Origin: Thermoplasmatota archaeon | GTDB lineage: Archaea; Thermoplasmatota; JAKEGO01 | Direction of reading: 5' to 3' | Length of the DNA stretch: 64,000 nucleotides | Assembly (NCBI GenBank): GCA_028279595.1 | Contig: JANQNK010000003.1 | Span: forward strand, 1 to 64,000 | Made by a program: the position numbers and the translations under genes | The notes under the pieces: generated by a model | Told to the model about the DNA's origin: nothing | The model's database searches: none | The model's input: only the letters and a program-made list of their open reading frames with translations | Shown: positions 61,414 to 64,000 of the stretch, piece by piece | Layout: every line of letters begins with the position of its first letter | Position numbering within the stretch: the first letter of the stretch is position 1

Positions 61414-64000
61414 ATGGTCTTCGATGTCATAGCCAGGTTCATTGAGAAACACGCGAGGGAGATCCTCGTCATAGAGGTGCTCTTCACTGCGCTACTCGTT
61501 GTCAAGATCACTGAACCAGAGGCATTCCAGTTTGAGAGCGATCTCAACAAATTTCTGCCGGAGAACGAAGAGACCCAGGCTCATGAACGTCTTCAGGACA
61601 GATTTGGGCATGATCCCTCTACTTACTTCGTTCAAGTCGAACCAAAGAACGGTGATGATGTAATTACCGTTGATTCTGTCCGGGACCAATATCGAATCCA
61701 AGCTCTGATCGGCAGTGAAGATACCTCCTATATCAGGAATGGAAAGGTGACAGGCGTTCTCAGCTTCGCAACCCTCGTCGAGGCAATCCTTCAATTGAAC
61801 AATTCGGAAGCTTCATTGCTCGAGGCCTCAGATGAAGATCTCGCGAACGCCATACATAATACATGTTCATTTCTGAACTCGAACGATCCAGACAATTATC
61901 GAAGCAAATGGAAACATCTCAATGCCCAATCGGAGGATAGCAACAACGCAGCGAAAACGATGTCTCCGGAGGACCTGATGGTCCTGAGGAACATACTCTT
62001 CTCAAAGGATTTCTATCATAGCGATAGCAACAGGATATCAGAGGCCTCCTCCACCTTGATACTGATATGGATCAATGGATCTCATGATCCCACTGAGCGG
62101 CGGGAGGTCGCCGTCTCAATAAGAGACGATCTCGATGGTCTCTCACTGCAGCACGTAACCATCAAAGAGACCGGCGCTGACCTCCTGGCTCATGATGTCG
62201 ATGAAATGACAAAGATATCCAATATGATCCTTGGTGTCGGCATCCTGTTGATCATCCTTGTCGTCCTCTACCTGTCCTTCAGAAGCATATCCTACATGCT
62301 GCTTCCCGTCCTAACGATGCTCCTTGCTATCGTATGGACGATTGGAACCATGATACTCATCGATGTTACCTTCACCGCTATCGATGTCGCTGCGATCCCA
62401 CTTATCGTGGGTTTAGGCGTCGATGACTCCGTCCATCTATCCAAACGTTATCAAGAGGAACTGAAGAAGAGCGGGAATCCAGCCGTAGCGCTGGTCACAT
62501 CGATAGACAAGATCGGTACAGCAATATTCCTCACGTCACTCACGACCGCTCTCGCCTTCATGTCGAATCTAGTATCCCCTGTAGGTCCGATCCGTGATTT
62601 CGGTCTGATCTGCGCTACTGGCATCGCATATGCATTCATCCTCACGATCACTTTCCAAGCTGCACTCAGATATGAATTGGACAGGTATGAGGCCAATGTC
62701 CTTGAGACACAGACCAATAAGGCCCCAAAGCTTGAGTCCGGGATGCACAAGTTCGGTGCTAAGGTCATCGACAATCCGAAACCCGTCGTTGCGATCGTCC
62801 TATTGCTTACCGTCTCCTCGTTATGGGCATCAGGATATGTCAGAACCGATTTCCGGGTCGAGGATTTCCTCCCGGACGACTGGGAGACAGTGGAGACCTA
62901 TCAGGACATTGAATCTTCGTATACAGCCGCAAGCCAGAGCCGGGTCTATTACGTCATCGAAGGTGATGTCGAAACGGTGGATATGGCATGGACGCTCTTA
63001 AGACTCGAGAACGAAACGGAGAACGATAAACGGATCGTTAGCGTCGATATGGATGCGAATAATTCACTCGATGACGTTTACCTGATGGAATCCATTCTTG
63101 ACTACGTCGAACTTGCATTCTGGCTCAACAATTCAATGGCTGACGAATACAATTGGGAATATCGGGAGAACGATAGTACAGGTCAGACCATAATGTATCC
63201 CCAATCCGATTGCACGGACGAGGACATCTCGGACCTGTATGACTATCTTCGCAATAACGACACTTTCAAATATCTGACGAGAAAGGTTCTTCGAGGCCGT
63301 AATATCGGCAACGGTGAGTGGGAGTTCAGGATAACCATCGTTCGTATGTTCGTCGACGCCAGATCGGAGACCTCCAAGGCGAAGGATGTGGTCGATGACC
63401 TGGATCGCAATTTCGAGGTCATCAATTTCCCATCCGGTGTCAAGGTCACCAAGGCCGGCTACGTCATATCCACAATTTCGACCATCGAAGCCATCCAGAG
63501 GAGCCAGATCGAGTCCACCATCATCTCGATCATCGTCTCCGCGCTCATCCTGATGTTCATCTACCGGTCGGCAACGGTCGGCATCCTCGCCGCCTTACCC
63601 GTAGCCATCTCCGCCTCATGGGTCCTGGGAACGATGGCATTCACGGAATACATGTATGCCAACGTCTCGACCACTTTCCCTGACATCAGTCTCAACGTTC
63701 TCACTGTCATGGTGACTGCGCTAACGATAGGTCTAGGCATAGACTACTCGATCCATATCATTCAAAGGTTCAAGGAGGAGCGCGAGGAGCAGGGCGCCGA
63801 GGTGAGGGAGGCGATGCTGACGTCGATCTCTCACAGCGGGACAGCGATCTTCATCTCGATGATAACGACGGTCCTCGGATTCGTCGTTCTGCTGTTCTCG
63901 CCGATGCCGATAACCCAGCACTTCGGGCTCATAACATCCGTGACGATGATATTTGCCTTCTTCCTGTGCATATTCTTCCTGCCGATATTCCTGATGATAT
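61414..64000 (+). CDS. RND superfamily (MMPL/HAE3-like) transporter, 3' end beyond the window
   Basis: Missing from the ORF track because there is no stop in the window. ATG 61414 begins MVFDVIARFIEKH. Contains VGLGVDDSVHL..RY and IGLGIDYSIHI..RF, and is still in frame at the window end (FLCIFFLPIFLMI). Confidence 0.88.
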   Translation, partial: MVFDVIARFIEKHAREILVIEVLFTALLVVKITEPEAFQFESDLNKFLPENEETQAHERLQDRFGHDPSTYFVQVEPKNGDDVITVDSVRDQYRIQALIGSEDTSYIRNGKVTGVLSFATLVEAILQLNNSEASLLEASDEDLANAIHNTCSFLNSNDPDNYRSKWKHLNAQSEDSNNAAKTMSPEDLMVLRNILFSKDFYHSDSNRISEASSTLILIWINGSHDPTERREVAVSIRDDLDGLSLQHVTIKETGADLLAHDVDEMTKISNMILGVGILLIILVVLYLSFRSISYMLLPVLTMLLAIVWTIGTMILIDVTFTAIDVAAIPLIVGLGVDDSVHLSKRYQEELKKSGNPAVALVTSIDKIGTAIFLTSLTTALAFMSNLVSPVGPIRDFGLICATGIAYAFILTITFQAALRYELDRYEANVLETQTNKAPKLESGMHKFGAKVIDNPKPVVAIVLLLTVSSLWASGYVRTDFRVEDFLPDDWETVETYQDIESSYTAASQSRVYYVIEGDVETVDMAWTLLRLENETENDKRIVSVDMDANNSLDDVYLMESILDYVELAFWLNNSMADEYNWEYRENDSTGQTIMYPQSDCTDEDISDLYDYLRNNDTFKYLTRKVLRGRNIGNGEWEFRITIVRMFVDARSETSKAKDVVDDLDRNFEVINFPSGVKVTKAGYVISTISTIEAIQRSQIESTIISIIVSALILMFIYRSATVGILAALPVAISASWVLGTMAFTEYMYANVSTTFPDISLNVLTVMVTALTIGLGIDYSIHIIQRFKEEREEQGAEVREAMLTSISHSGTAIFISMITTVLGFVVLLFSPMPITQHFGLITSVTMIFAFFLCIFFLPIFLMI

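Overview
GC-rich archaeal chromosome segment, most likely Thermoplasmatota. That is an inference from the unsplit rpoB, the N-terminally extended RpoA'', a C25 peptidase and several large beta-helix surface proteins. Housekeeping genes: pdxT, tsaC/sua5, pdxS, rpl15e, metG, argS, the rpoH-rpoB-rpoA'-rpoA''-rpl30e-nusA operon, tRNA-Glu(TTC), tRNA-Ser(GCT), tldD/tldE, cobO, purE and nac. Between them lie large secreted or membrane-anchored proteins and an AT-richer accessory block (about 36.1-45.0 kb) of three TetR-linked units that share an 18-bp palindromic operator. Most notable observations: (1) a coupled two-gene cassette encoding a CxxCH/Ig-like/cytochrome-b-like fusion protein and a 127-aa minimal CcsA-type heme lyase, with no CcsB in the window; (2) small elements behind both tRNA genes, each built from direct and inverted copies of that tRNA's own 3' end plus hairpins; (3) a 2028-aa surface protein with nested domains (beta-helix > LamG > 21 propeller-like repeats); (4) a 4-hydroxybutyryl-CoA dehydratase homologue with remodelled Fe-S ligands and catalytic residues. 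All calls come from reading motifs by eye. No database searches or computations were run.
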